Assembly (NCBI GenBank): GCA_964016885.1
Contig: OZ024743.1
Coordinates: 122,450,001 to 122,514,000 of the forward strand
DNA length: 64,000 bases
Source: Eledone cirrhosa
Taxonomy: Eukaryota
Direction: 5' to 3'
Shown: positions 27,577 to 41,200 of the stretch, in pieces
Layout of the letters: the number at the start of each line of letters is the position of its first letter
Numbering within the stretch: position 1 is the first letter of the stretch
The notes under the pieces: generated by a model
Database searches by the model: none
The model's input: only the letters and a program-made list of their open reading frames with translations
What the model was told of the DNA's origin: nothing
Program-made: the position numbers and the translations under genes

Positions 27577-28681
27577 CAAGCTGATTCTATTAGTAGAAAT
27601 GGGGCAGGGAGTTGTGTGTGTATGGGTGTTATGTGTGTATGTGTGTGTGGGAGTATGGTTAGCATGTTAAGATGGAGAGAATATATATATATATTTGTTT
27701 GTGTGTGTAGGAAAATGCTTTCGTTAGTAGAAATGGGGGGGGGGGGGGTTATGTGTGAATGGGGGGTGTGTGGTTAGCATATTAAGGTGTTAGAGTATTA
27801 ACGTATGTTAAGGTTTATTTAGTTCTGATTTTTATTTTCTAAAGTAGAAGGTGTTATGTGTGTGTGTGTATGTATGTGTCTGTTTGGATGGTTAGCATGT
27901 TATGGTGTTAACATATTGTATATTAAACTATATTTAATGCTGATCTATATTTTTGAATAACAACAGAACAAATACGAATAAATGAGGAAAATATGTTTAT
28001 TCAAAAATATAAACCACCATTAAATATAGTTTAATATACATTATGTCAACACCATAACATGCTAACCATCCAAACAGATACATACACAGACACACATAAC
28101 ACCTACTTTAGAAAATAAAAACCAGAACTAAATAAACCTTAACATACGTTAATACTCTAACACCTTAACATGCTAACCCCCCCACTCACACATAACTCCC
28201 TCCCCCATTTCTACCAACGGAATCATTTTCCTACACACACACACACACACACAAAATATATATATTCTCTCCATCTTAACATGCTAACATTACTCCCACA
28301 CACACATACACACACATAACACCCATATACACACACAACTCCCTACCCATTTCTACTAATAGAATCATTTTCCTACACACACACACACACACACACACAA
28401 CATATATATATTCTCTCCATCTTAACATGCTAACCATACTCCCACACACACATACACACACACACACACATAACACCCATACACACACACACACAATTCC
28501 CTCCCCCATTTCTACTAATAGAATTACCCCCCCCACACACAAGCACACAAATAAACATACATATCTCTACTTTCTTTATTTCAATAGAAAGTCTGAATTC
28601 TGACACCCCCAGCGCACCAGCCATATTCACTGAACCAGAACAATCCCCCCATCCCATTTTCTTGACCATTATCTTTTGTTT

Positions 28682-28870
28682 GGCGGTGGATTGGCAGTGT
28701 CGGTAGAGGATCGGATGCCATGCTTTGAAGCATAGAATTACCTCCCTGTATGATCTGAGTTCAAATCCCGCCGAGGTTAACTTTGCCTTTCATCCTTCCG
28801 GGGTCGATAGAATAAAGTACCAGTAATGCATTGGGTAATTGCTGGCCTTGTGTCAAAAGTAGAAACAATT
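28682..28870 (+). mobile_element. Nin/Deu-core SINE in the fold-back right arm
   Basis: TSD ATTATCTTTTGTTT(GGC). Empty site in the left arm at 27400-27416. Confidence 0.92.
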
Positions 28871-29061
28871 ATCTTTTGTTTGGCACAAAATTCTCTAAAT
28901 GGCTACAAAATAAATTTCTAAATACGGGCGCGAAATTTAATGTACTTGTTCACGTGACAGTCATAATTTCATTTATAACCAATCAAATTACATTTCAGCA
29001 CATCAGTCATACTCAGAACAACTCTCTCAATCCCTTTTTCTTGATCATTATCTTTTGTTTC

Positions 29062-29358
29062 GCGGTGAATTGGCAGTATCGGTAGAGGGTCGGATATGCT
29101 TTCTAGCATAGCTATGTCCCTTTATGATCTGATTTCAAATCCCGCCGAGGTTAACTTTGCCTTTCATCCTTACGGGGTCGATAATATAAAGTACCAGTAA
29201 CGTACTGGGTAATTGCTGGCCTTCTGCCAAAAGTAGAAACAATTATCTTTTGTTTCGCGGAGCTTAACTTTGCCTTTCATCCTTACGGGGTCGATAAAAT
29301 AAAGTACCAGTAATGTACTGGGTTATTGCTGGCCTTGTGCCAAAAGTAGAAACAATTA
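29062..29358 (+). mobile_element. Nin/Deu-core SINE plus a 5'-truncated tandem copy
   Basis: ATTATCTTTTGTTT at 29047, 29242 and 29355. Confidence 0.9.
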
Positions 29359-29799
29359 TCTTTTGTTTGGCACAAAATTCTCTAAATGGCTGTAAAAAAA
29401 TTCAAAAGTACGGGCGAGAAATTTAATGCACTTGTTCACGTGACAGTCATAATTTCATTTATACCCAATCAAATTACATTTATAAAAAAAAGCCTTCGTG
29501 AGCCACTTTTTCTTAAGTAAAAAGAAATTCAAACACAAACTGGCGCGAAAGCTAATGTGCTTATTCACGTAACTGCATCAACCAACCAAACTTCACTCAT
29601 ATATGAAAAAACAACCTGAGCCCCCCCCCTTTGTTTGAAGAACTTTGTTACGCGAACTGGCGCGAAATTTATTATACTTATTCACCAACCAACCAACCAA
29701 ATTACTTCTCTAAAAACCTGGCATTTCGAGCCACTTTTTTCCATATAAAACAGAAGTAACATTCAAAGACCACCCAGATGTGAGAAAAACCACAGACCC

Positions 29800-29839
29800 T
29801 CCATTTGAAAAGCAGAAGAACTGCGAAACCGCTAAAGGA
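29800..29839 (+). ncRNA. Hammerhead-like motif, U3-A8 variant
   Basis: TCCAT-TTGAAAA-GCAG AAGAA CTGC-GAAA-CCGC-TA-AAGGA, with one stem III mismatch. Confidence 0.6.
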
Positions 29840-29969
29840 ACCAAATAAATATATATTTAAAAAAAAAAAAGAGTCCAGTTGCATTATCGATTTCATCTTT
29901 TTTCCTTATACTTTCACTCGTGTAGGACAGCGCGGTTATTTTTCATTTTGTAAAAAAAAACCACCAAAC

Positions 29970-30040
<71 letters not shown>

Positions 30041-30766
30041 GAGAATAGGTGCAAATATACAAGAAATAACGCGAAACAAAGCGCAGAAAAAATTGTATGT
30101 ATATCTGAACTGATGGCCCTCATAGCAAAAAGTAAAGACATTGAGAAAGGTGAGAATTTTTTCGTCAGGAGCACATTTAAACTACCTGAACCCTTTATGA
30201 TAGTACGAATGTCGCTAGATGTCTACAAAAACATTAGTGAGGGTCCGCCAACGATGTGGGAGCCTCTAATATAAAAGTCACGAGTAGGCCTTTAAAAGGT
30301 CGCCTATTCAGACCACAAATTCGTGATCTCCATGGTAGACCTAGATGGAACATATAGATAGGGTCCTAGTTAATAGAAGCTTAATGTATCGTAAGCCTAT
30401 AGCGAAAGTTGACAGGGGCAGTCATCAACAATAGAGTAGAATCGGTAGTATTTAGTAAAGAAATAGTAATAGGAACAAATACAAAGTAAGGTGAGCTGGT
30501 AGCTCGATTAGACGAGGCTATTAATAGCTACGAGAATGGCACCATGCCATTTCCTCAATGCCAAACACGAAGGTTGCATTGTCAGAGGTAAGGCGCATGG
30601 TCAAAGAAAGGAGAGAACGAAAGCTGTTCGATGGGCTCAAGTGGCAGAGACGCAACGTGGTAACAAATCCACAATTCTGTCTTTGATGGACCGGTCAATG
30701 TTGATGATTTCTTCTAAGAACTATTTGTTTTCATATATATCAAGTCGTGTGTTACTTTTCTACATT

Positions 30767-30803
<37 letters not shown>

Positions 30804-30864
30804 TAAGGAACAAATATGAAATCGAAAATGCAACTGGTGTCTTTGTAAGAATATTTACTTGTTT

Positions 30865-30902
30865 CATTTACCGGTTTCACAGTTCTTATGCTTTTCAAAA
30901 GT
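30865..30902 (-). ncRNA. Hammerhead-like motif, U3-A8 variant
   Basis: TT-TTGAAAA-GCA TAAGAAC TGT-GAAA-CCGG-TA-AA. Lies in TA-flanked element 30804-31012, which is related to 29790-29975. Confidence 0.65.
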
Positions 30903-31008
30903 AGAATTGAGATGGAGGGTTTTCCACCTCAATTCTATTTTTTTTTCCTTATACTTTCAGTCGTATAGGACATCTCGTTTTTTTTCATTTAAAAAAAAAC
31001 AACCCATT

Positions 31009-31108
<100 letters not shown>

Positions 31109-31290
31109 ATATATATAGGGGGATCGAAACTGCTCAAGTCCATCTCTACGACCGATGATGATGGCGTTTTGTGTCCTTTTGTGTCCTTTTAAAAAAAATA
31201 TTTTTAAAGTTTTCCCCTTAAAAATTAGTTCTTCGTTTTCTTTTGTTTCCGTTCATTGTCATGTCCTTTCTTTATTAATTTCCTGAAGTA

Positions 31291-31341
<51 letters not shown>

Positions 31342-31345
31342 GTAT

Positions 31346-31346
<1 letters not shown>

Positions 31347-31378
<32 letters not shown>

Positions 31379-31575
31379 TTCGTTTAACGTCCATCTTCCA
31401 CGCTAGCATGGGTTAGACAGGAGTTGTTCCGCTTGAGGCAAGATTGGTCGGGTGACCGTGTCTCGCTCATATAGCACCATCTGGCAGGTTTTCTACGGCT
31501 GGATGCCCTTCCTAACATCAACGACATTTACAGTGTGGAACTGGGAACTTTTTACCATGTTACCTACACGACCAC
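31347..31575 (-). mobile_element. 3' end of an RTE-associated repeat with (ATG)n tail
   Basis: (CAT)n-CGTTTAACGTCC...TACGGCTGGATGCCCTTCCTAAC motif. Confidence 0.6.
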
Positions 31576-31789
31576 ATTACAGCGTGGACTGTGGGTTTTT
31601 TTTTCTTTTCGGCGTGACACCTACACGATCTCGATCTCGATCTCATTATCTCATTTAGTTGGACAGGATGTTGTGGTACCAACGTTACAGAGAGAGAGTG
31701 GTGTTGGTCGGAGTGGGAGGATAGGGTAGGGCTAGTGGATTACGGTGTACCTACTGTATATATATATATTGGGGATCGATCGACTTTCG

Positions 31790-31987
31790 TCAAATCGGAC
31801 CGAGGAAACAATGTTTTCGTCGGTCTTTCCAGTTGCTAATACTATCTATCGGTCGCAACTCCAGGTAGAAAGAGCAACGTGAAATAAAGTGTCTTGCTCA
31901 AGGACATAACGCATCACCCGGTCCAGGAATCGAACTCACAGCCTCAAGATTGTGAATCCAATTCTCTAACCACTCAGCCATGCGCCT
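31790..31987 (-). mobile_element. tRNA-headed CORE-type SINE
   Basis: Minus strand: TGGCTGAGTGG (box A), GTTCGATTCC (box B), TGTCCTTGAGCAAGACACTT core. Confidence 0.8.
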
Positions 31988-31996
31988 ATATTATAT

Positions 31997-32176
31997 ATAA
32001 TAAATTTGAAGACTAAAATCCAAAGAGGGCTCGATAAGGATAAATATATATCAAATATATAAGAACCGTAGAGCAAATATTTATTAAAATAACAGATTAA
32101 AGTTTAAGCAAAGAATCGCTGCTTTCACCCTTAACGGGATCTTCTGAAGATCCCGTTAAGGGTGAAAGCAGCGATT
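31997..32176. mobile_element. Small TA-associated element with HHR-like core and a 31-bp perfect palindrome (relatives at 3636-3703, 46221-46316, 60496-60588)
   Basis: 32114-32144 is the reverse complement of 32146-32176. CTGAAGA-TCCC GTTAA GGGT-GAAA-GCAG. Confidence 0.8.
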
Positions 32177-32739
32177 TTTAATTTTTAAAATTTTCTTATT
32201 TTACGTCTTTCATATAATTGTTCTGCATCCCCCTGCATAGAACCACATAGGTACTAAGACATAACTTATATATTTGCTAGCATGAGTGTACATCTGTACA
32301 CATATGTTGGTAGATGTACTAATTCTCTATATTTATCTCCAAATTATTTGTTGAGCAAAACTTGCCAATATTTACTGCTGTTTCATGGTAGTAGTAGGCT
32401 CTTGTCATAATACCACCCCGCTCCTAACTGATTAACCTCGGTGTCACGTGAGTGATTCTTTAGAATCTGCCACTGACCAGAGGCAGTGAAATTTTTTCAG
32501 TGCTCCGGAATTTAGTCCTCGCTAGCTTCATTCCATCCACTGAATTATTATTTTTATATGGGTTCTTAGTGCCCGCGCATTGCCTGGGAACTTAGCTGAG
32601 AATAGACTCCCTGATGACGTAATGAATTCTCTATAGTTATATTATGTAACTATATTTATCCCATTACAGAAACTAATTAGTTGGAGTGAAAATTTTAGTA
32701 AGTTGATTTTTAATTTTTAAAATTTTCTTATTTTACGTC

Positions 32740-32785
<46 letters not shown>

Positions 32786-32819
32786 TAACAGAAGTACTTA
32801 GCGTTGCCCGGGTTAACGA

Positions 32820-33592
32820 AAATAATTGTTTCTACTTTTGCCACAAGGCTAGCAATAACCCAGTGCATTACTGGTACTTTATTCTATCGATCCCATAAGG
32901 ATGAAAGGCAAAGTTAACCTCAGCGGGATTTGAACTCAGATCATAAAGGGGGTTAACCTCATGCCATAAAGCATGTTGTCCGACGCTTTACCGATACTGC
33001 CAATCCACCACCCCAAGATGGTATATTATAATGCGACGATCATGCCATTTCAAGAATATTAGCGATGCAAAAGATGAGACACGAATAAAACATTCTCGAC
33101 ACTGTTCGTCGAGAGTCTATCTCTACTTTATAAGACTTGAACATTCCTCACACAATTTTATAAGAGACATTTGAGGTTGAATAACTGTAAAGTCTTTCTC
33201 AAAAACATAAAAGAAGAGGATTTCTATCAGTATAACGATAATGTTATTTTTGTATATCGATATGACGATAATGTTATGTCGAAGTGTACCGATGACGTAG
33301 ATGAAGTAAAATAACAACACAGCCACAATAGAAAACGTAAAGTGCCATAACTATGCTGCAAATCATGGCATCAGACCCTCTACCGATACTGCCAATCCAC
33401 TGCCTGCATAAAGAAAATAATTGTTTCTACGTTTGGCACAAGGCCAACAATTATCCAGTGCGTTACTGGTACTTTATTTTATCGACTCCGTAAGGATGAA
33501 AGGCAAAGTTAACCTCGGCGAGATTTGGCAAGGGCCGTAACTCTATACGACAAACATGGCGTTCGACCCTCTATCGATACTGCCAATCCACC
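32820..33592 (-). mobile_element. SINE cluster (32820-33012, 33330-33400, 33417-33592) around a ~320-bp dispersed repeat (33013-33330)
   Basis: Family matches. TSD CCTGCATAAAGAAAATAAT for the last copy. 33013-33330 matches 53113-53424 inverted. Confidence 0.85.
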
Positions 33593-33883
33593 TGCATAAA
33601 GAAAATAATGCAATTTCATTCGAAACCTTTTCTAGGGTGTATTTGAAATTTCTAATATAACTGTTACTTTTCTGAAACATATCTTTTAGTTGCAATGTGA
33701 TTTCATAATTAGTCTCTTTAATCCTTTTATACCTTGTCTATGTTTGGGTTTTCATATCACTGATGAAAGTCAGTTGTAAATATTTTGGTTCTTCTGAAGT
33801 GGCTGAAGTGGTCCAATTCTGTAGTACACTTACCCTTGGATCTGGAAAGTGAGTATATAAACGCGTGTGTGTATGTGTGTATG

Positions 33884-33933
<50 letters not shown>

Positions 33934-34926
33934 CGTGTGTGTGCGTGTGCGTGTGCGTGTGTGTGTATGTGTGTGCGTGGTTTTGTGTGTGCACATATAG
34001 GTATATAGATATAAGTTCAGACATACACACAAATGTGCAGGACTTTGTCCCTAGAAACAAGGGAAACTACTTAATAGATATTGTAAATTATCATTCTTTT
34101 TCTGTATTCAACTGGCTCTTTGCCTCGATGTTACTCGGAGTTTTCCCTGCCTCTCATTCGTTCATTTATTCTAATACCAACATAGCTGTAGAAAAAGGAA
34201 ATGTTTCCATTTGAATTCCATTTATTATCTTATATAATGTTGTTTTAATAGTTTGTAGTTTGACAGAATGATTCCAGCAATGGTGTACAAACAAGACATA
34301 ACAGCCCATCGTAGACTATGCCAGCCCTATCTGAAATTCATAAATCTTTCAAGTATACTCTCAAACCATCCAGTTACAGTTAAAATATCAAAACACATAG
34401 TAGTGATCTGGTATGTTGCAACATACCAGATCACTACTATCAAAACATCCTAATATCACTATCTCTTTCATTCAACGCAGAGGAACCCCAAACACTATAT
34501 ACACACAGAAATAGATGCAACATTAATAGTCTTATTAGCCCAAATACTGTGATAGGATGCACACTACCAGTGAGAAATGCATAGGAACAACAATTGTCGC
34601 GCTCTGAAGGAGGCCATCTTATCTACCTACTCTATGACCATCACCTTCTGTTATAAATGCCAACTCATAAATTCATCACAGTATGTCAGCGCATGTATAA
34701 TGTGGGTCACAGCTTGTTTGACAATACCATGAATCTGTAGAGTCAGCAACAGACTAAAATTGAGTAAAACTATTTTCAATAGTCATCATATTCTGAATAT
34801 GGAATTTAGTTAGCAGTAGGAGTGATTCACAGTACAGGTTTACATGAAGGAATATACGATATATTTATATACAATAAGCATATATATGTCTCACTGCGAG
34901 TGACATAAGCAGTGATCACAGTTTAA

Positions 34927-35149
34927 CCCTTTAGCATTTGCATTACTCTCTATATTTACTATTGCATTTTTACAGTAAATGCTTTACCTCAAATAATTAT
35001 CTCACATAATATCGAATCTATGAGATTTTGATATTATTTATTTTGAGAACAATACCTTAATGTCAGTATGAGCGGCTGGTTACAGCTGGTTTGAACAGAA
35101 AGAGGTGAGAGAATTCTGGCCGGATACGGCCGGTTTAAATGCTAAATGG
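34927..35149. mobile_element. piggyBac-type MITE
   Basis: TTAA-CCCTTTAGCATTT...AAATGCTAAATGG-TTAA. Confidence 0.85.
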
Positions 35150-35744
35150 TTAAATCAATTGTAACGAGATTTATATATCGTCATTATACATAAACATATC
35201 ATATGCATCTTCATATACTTTTCTATTAAAGAATTTAGAATACACATACATACTCCATACTCCTTGAATAAGATCATGTTACAATAAATTATATAAGAAT
35301 CAATGCAACATAAATATAAACTATCACACTAATTAGTACATACGAATTAAAACAATTCATTCATACACGATACATAAATTCAACAATAAACAGGTCACTT
35401 TTCGAAGAAACAAGATTACATTGAAAAGTTTTAAAATAGGGTATAGTTAAAATGACTTGATATATCAACGAATACATTGGAATAGAAACACTGTTGTTTC
35501 CTCGCAACTTTCGAAATGGCGTCTATATGTTAGAAAGAAAATAATAAATTCAATTGAAAGTCTATTTCCGAAGGTAATATTGGAAAATTAATAATGAAAG
35601 CAAATTCTCAATCTTCTTTTATGTTAGCAACAATGTAGTTCGTTACTTCCAATAACAATAAATAATTACAAAATATTTCTTCTTTGAAGCTAAAAATATA
35701 TATGGAAGATAGTTAATTTCCAATGTCAATCCCAGACACACACA

Positions 35745-37200
<1,456 letters not shown>

Positions 37201-38095
37201 TTCCTTTAGGTCAACATAATTCTGAATCAAAATACTTGCATGCAAGTCAAAAATAGACAATTACATCCGAAATAATAGCTCTGTTTTTATACATTTTTCT
37301 CATTGCAAATGGATTTTGCTATATATTTTTTCATTCTCTTCCATCTTCTATTTTCAGAATTGCATGTTTAGAATAATTTATTTTAACTCGATCCAATTGA
37401 ATCTATTTATGAAGAGGGGAAGCCATTGAGCATATGATGTATAGAAGATAAACAAATGAATGCATGCTGACAGAGCAATTTTGTTGTAAGTATCTTTTGT
37501 GTGAACTACTTTCGATCGATCGATCCTATGACTGCTATAATGAGACATATTTTCTAACGTAAACAACAAGCTCAGCCTTGAACCTGTTTTTATTTTTATA
37601 TCTTGTATCGGATATTAATTAAGTGTCAGTAATGAATTGAATGCTTTTCCAGCACAGCATATCGATTAGAAGATGCATATGATGATAAACAGATCAGGAT
37701 GTATATATATATATATGTTATCAGATGCTAATACACAGTGTTCTATGACGGTGAGCGCTGTAAAGCAAAGGTTGTTTATCCACTGAACCAAAACTGTGTT
37801 ATAGTTTCAAGTTTCATTTGAAATCGTTTCACCTCACTAAAACTGCCAATGCCTTGCAATTGATATAACCATAGTGATTTCATATTTAACCCTTGTTAAA
37901 TAGAGTTTTTAGACTAATCAAAAGTAAACATTAACGCAACAGAAAACGAACAACGAGCAATATTGCAGAGAACCTTCGTATCCTCAATCACATATATACA
38001 ATATATACACAAAATATAAAAGGTCTGTATATCAAAGATATAACCGTAATCGATAATATATATTATTATAAGGCGGCCGTTGCTTTAATTAAAAA

Positions 38096-38280
38096 TAATA
38101 ATAATTGTTTCTACTTTTGGCACAAGGCCAGCAATTACACAGTACATTACTGGTACTTTATTTTATCGACCTCGTAAGGATGAAAGGCAAAGTTAACTTC
38201 GGCGGGATTTGAACTCAGATCGTAAAGGGACGTAGCTGTGCTGGAAAGCATGTCTGATCCTCTACCGATACTGCCAATTC
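38096..38280 (-). mobile_element. Nin/Deu-core SINE inserted at the LINE tail
   Basis: TSD AATTAAAAATAAT. Confidence 0.9.
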
Positions 38281-38287
38281 AATTAAA

Positions 38288-41200
38288 AATAATAATAATT
38301 GTTTCATTTATAGGCCACAAGGGCCTACATATAGGGGACAATAAAATAGACAGTGGTAGTGGGGGTTTATTAAAAAATCGAGTAAAAAATATGAAAACAA
38401 TAACGAAGAAACAATAAAGAAGAAAATTACAAACAACAGAGTTTCCCAATACGGGGGATAAACACCTAGGGTTGACTCAGGTATGCCACCAATCCTGAAC
38501 CATCCGACGATTCGAGGGCACCCAGGGAGGGCACCCCTCTCCTTCTCAAATTCACCAGTCTACAGGTGCATGGTCAAAGTAAACCCACTCAAACGGCCAT
38601 TCTCGCCACATTCATCCACCTTTTAGCAAATGTACTGGGGAGGGGGCAACACATCTCTCTCCACCCTCACCTTCCTTTCCAAGTGAAACTTGAAAACGTT
38701 GATGAGGGATTGGCCGAAGAGAGTCCTTTCAACCTCGTCCATCCTACCACCTCTTTCCCTCTTGCCACCTTCTTGGCCCCCAAAAAGGCGGCGAGTCGAT
38801 CTTCACTATGGACTCGGCCGATAGCCGGATCCGTTCTACACGTGACAACAGCTGTTCGACAAAAATCCACAAGTCAGTAATGTACGAACACTGGACGAGT
38901 GCACGCAGAACGGTTTCGCCGCGCTACGCGCATCTCGGACAGGTCCACCTGACAGCTCTTCCGTGCCTGTAGAGTTTATCTCGAACTGGCAGTGCCCCCG
39001 GTAGTACTGCCAAGCAAGGGATTTCTGTAAATTATCCATCGTCCTCCGGAACAGACTGGTCAGTTCGACTTCGTCGACGCCCAGAGCATCTCCGAGTGCG
39101 TCGTCGCACTTACCCACCACTAATCCTCTATAGAACTCGAGAGCGGAAGTTCCAGTGACCGCGTTGCCTCGTGGTAGAAGGCAATGAGTTCCTGGCAACA
39201 TTCCAGATGCCAGGCACCCATTCTAGGTCTCTTCTTAAATCAGGAATGCAGCTCAGTTAAAGAGATGAGCTGCGGAAAAGTCCGTCTGACAAACGGTGAC
39301 TACACCTATTCACTGTTTAGGCAGAATATCTGGAGATGCCGCAGCCTCAGTGCATGTTTGCGCATCATTAACCACAGCATGCCCATCCCTCCACATAGAG
39401 GGTGCTGGCAGCAGATGGACCGCCTCACTAACGGCACCTGTCCCCTCCACAAGAAGTTGAAGAGGAGCCGTTCCAATTTGGCGAGGCACAAACGGAGGCA
39501 AGGCAAGGTAGTAGTAGATGACGGACGCGATGTACGCATTCGCCACCTCCACCCGACCTTTCAGGGACAGCTTTCTCTCGACCCATTTCTGGGTGAAGGT
39601 GGCTACCATGATCGTCATCTCGCCCCAATTATTATCCACCTGGAGGTTTGGTCGGAGCCAAACCACGAGCAACTTTACCAGTCCGTCTGTCCAGCGCTCG
39701 ACGACCCTGTTGGACGTTATCGACTTGCCTCTCCAGGTGCCGAGCTGCAATCCCACCGACTTTTTCGGGTTAAGTTTCACTCCCGTCAACTTTTCATATT
39801 CCTCCAATAAGGTGCCAACAACCTCGATTTCTGAGGTGTCCGCATAAGCCGACAGCCTTTCCGCGTCCCGGTTCGAGCGGGATGCCCTGCAACAGCTCCA
39901 GCTTCCGTAGTAAAGGCTCGAGAATCAGTACGTACAGCGATCCAGCCTCTGGAGGCGGGACCGAAGCCGGCTGGCTTGAAGATAGCCTCCAAGTATCGAT
40001 GGTCGACCCTATCGAAAGTTTTGATTGATCTAAATGGATCAGAGCCCCACCGAACCCAGGTTTATACCATACCCTCTCTATGATGTATCGCATGAGCTTG
40101 AGGTTATCGTGTATGGGGTAGTGCGCGCATGTCGGAAATCCTGGTCTCGCTGACGGCAATTACATCCATTTCTACAGACCTGCGGTCGTTGAGCAGGTGA
40201 CCCTGCTTCCAGAGGGACCCCAGGCCACGAACATTTAAACATCCTACTCTTAATATGGCCATGTTGGCATGTTGGCTGGCTAAAAGTGTGAGGAAAAGTT
40301 TACTTACCTCCCGGGGTCTTGTGAAGAACAGGTGGTTCGACGTCCATAGTTGGTGGGGTTTCTTTTAGGAACCCTTTAAAATACTCGATGTGGGTTCCTC
40401 GTTCAGTGTTCCCACGTGACGATGAAAGCTCTCTAGATTTCCTTTGAAGGAATCGAGCGACATTCGTACCAGAAACAAATTTTCTAGCATGCGAAATGTG
40501 CTCGATTAAAAAATCTCCTCCTTTGTTTGGATTTCTTCACTTCGTGCTACGAGGCCATCAATTTCTCGTTGGTCCTTCTCATAAACACGAAGTTTTTTAT
40601 GTTTTGTTGGTGCGGTTTTATTTGTTTGCGTTTGGGTGACTGTGGTGGTGATGGTTTTGTTGTTTTCGCGTGTGTCTGTGTTTGTTGCGAGTGTGGTGTC
40701 TGCAATTTCAGATATCTGTGCTTATTTGTTCTTGTGTCTGCTTAGGTTGTTTGCGTTTGGGGAATTGTGGTGGCGGTGATGGTGTTGGTGTTGTTGAGGG
40801 AAGTGTTCCCGTGGGTGTTGTCTGCATTTTTTATTGTGGGTGTTTTTCTGCTTTGTGGGGCTTTTTCTTTGCGTGTTTTCTTTTTTTTTTTTTTTTTTTG
40901 GTGGGATTTGGGTTTTCCCTCATCGTCACTACTGGAAGATGAAGGGTCTGTGGCTGTAAGTGTGTCTGTGCCTGTGTGTGTGTGTTTATGTTGTTGTCCA
41001 TGTATGTATTTCTTGGGGGAGGCGGAATGTGAGAGCTATCTTCGTTTCCCTCCTAGGTGGCCAATGTTGGTGGTGGGCGGTGGCATTTCCCTTGATGATG
41101 CTTCTGGTGGTTTTGCCGGTGCAGTTGTTGGTGGTGGTCTTCGCTCCGGCGCCGGCAACAGTGCAGACCCCTTGCACATTTCAGCTGTTGAGGGTAGAAG

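Larger units (their letters stand above)
26948..29908. mobile_element. ~3-kb fold-back (long inverted repeat) structure
   Basis: Left arm 26948-27962 is reverse-complementary to 27993-29908 once SINE insertions and an extra 29590-29838 segment are removed. Spacer about 30 bp; internal ~180-bp subrepeat. Confidence 0.9.

Noticed and set aside
31118-31146. GATC-GAAAC..GTC half-hammerhead right after (TA)n
   Set aside because: The 5' half is absent, so the fold cannot be confirmed.
32610-32635. CTGATGA as a ribozyme core
   Set aside because: No stem II and GAAA follow.
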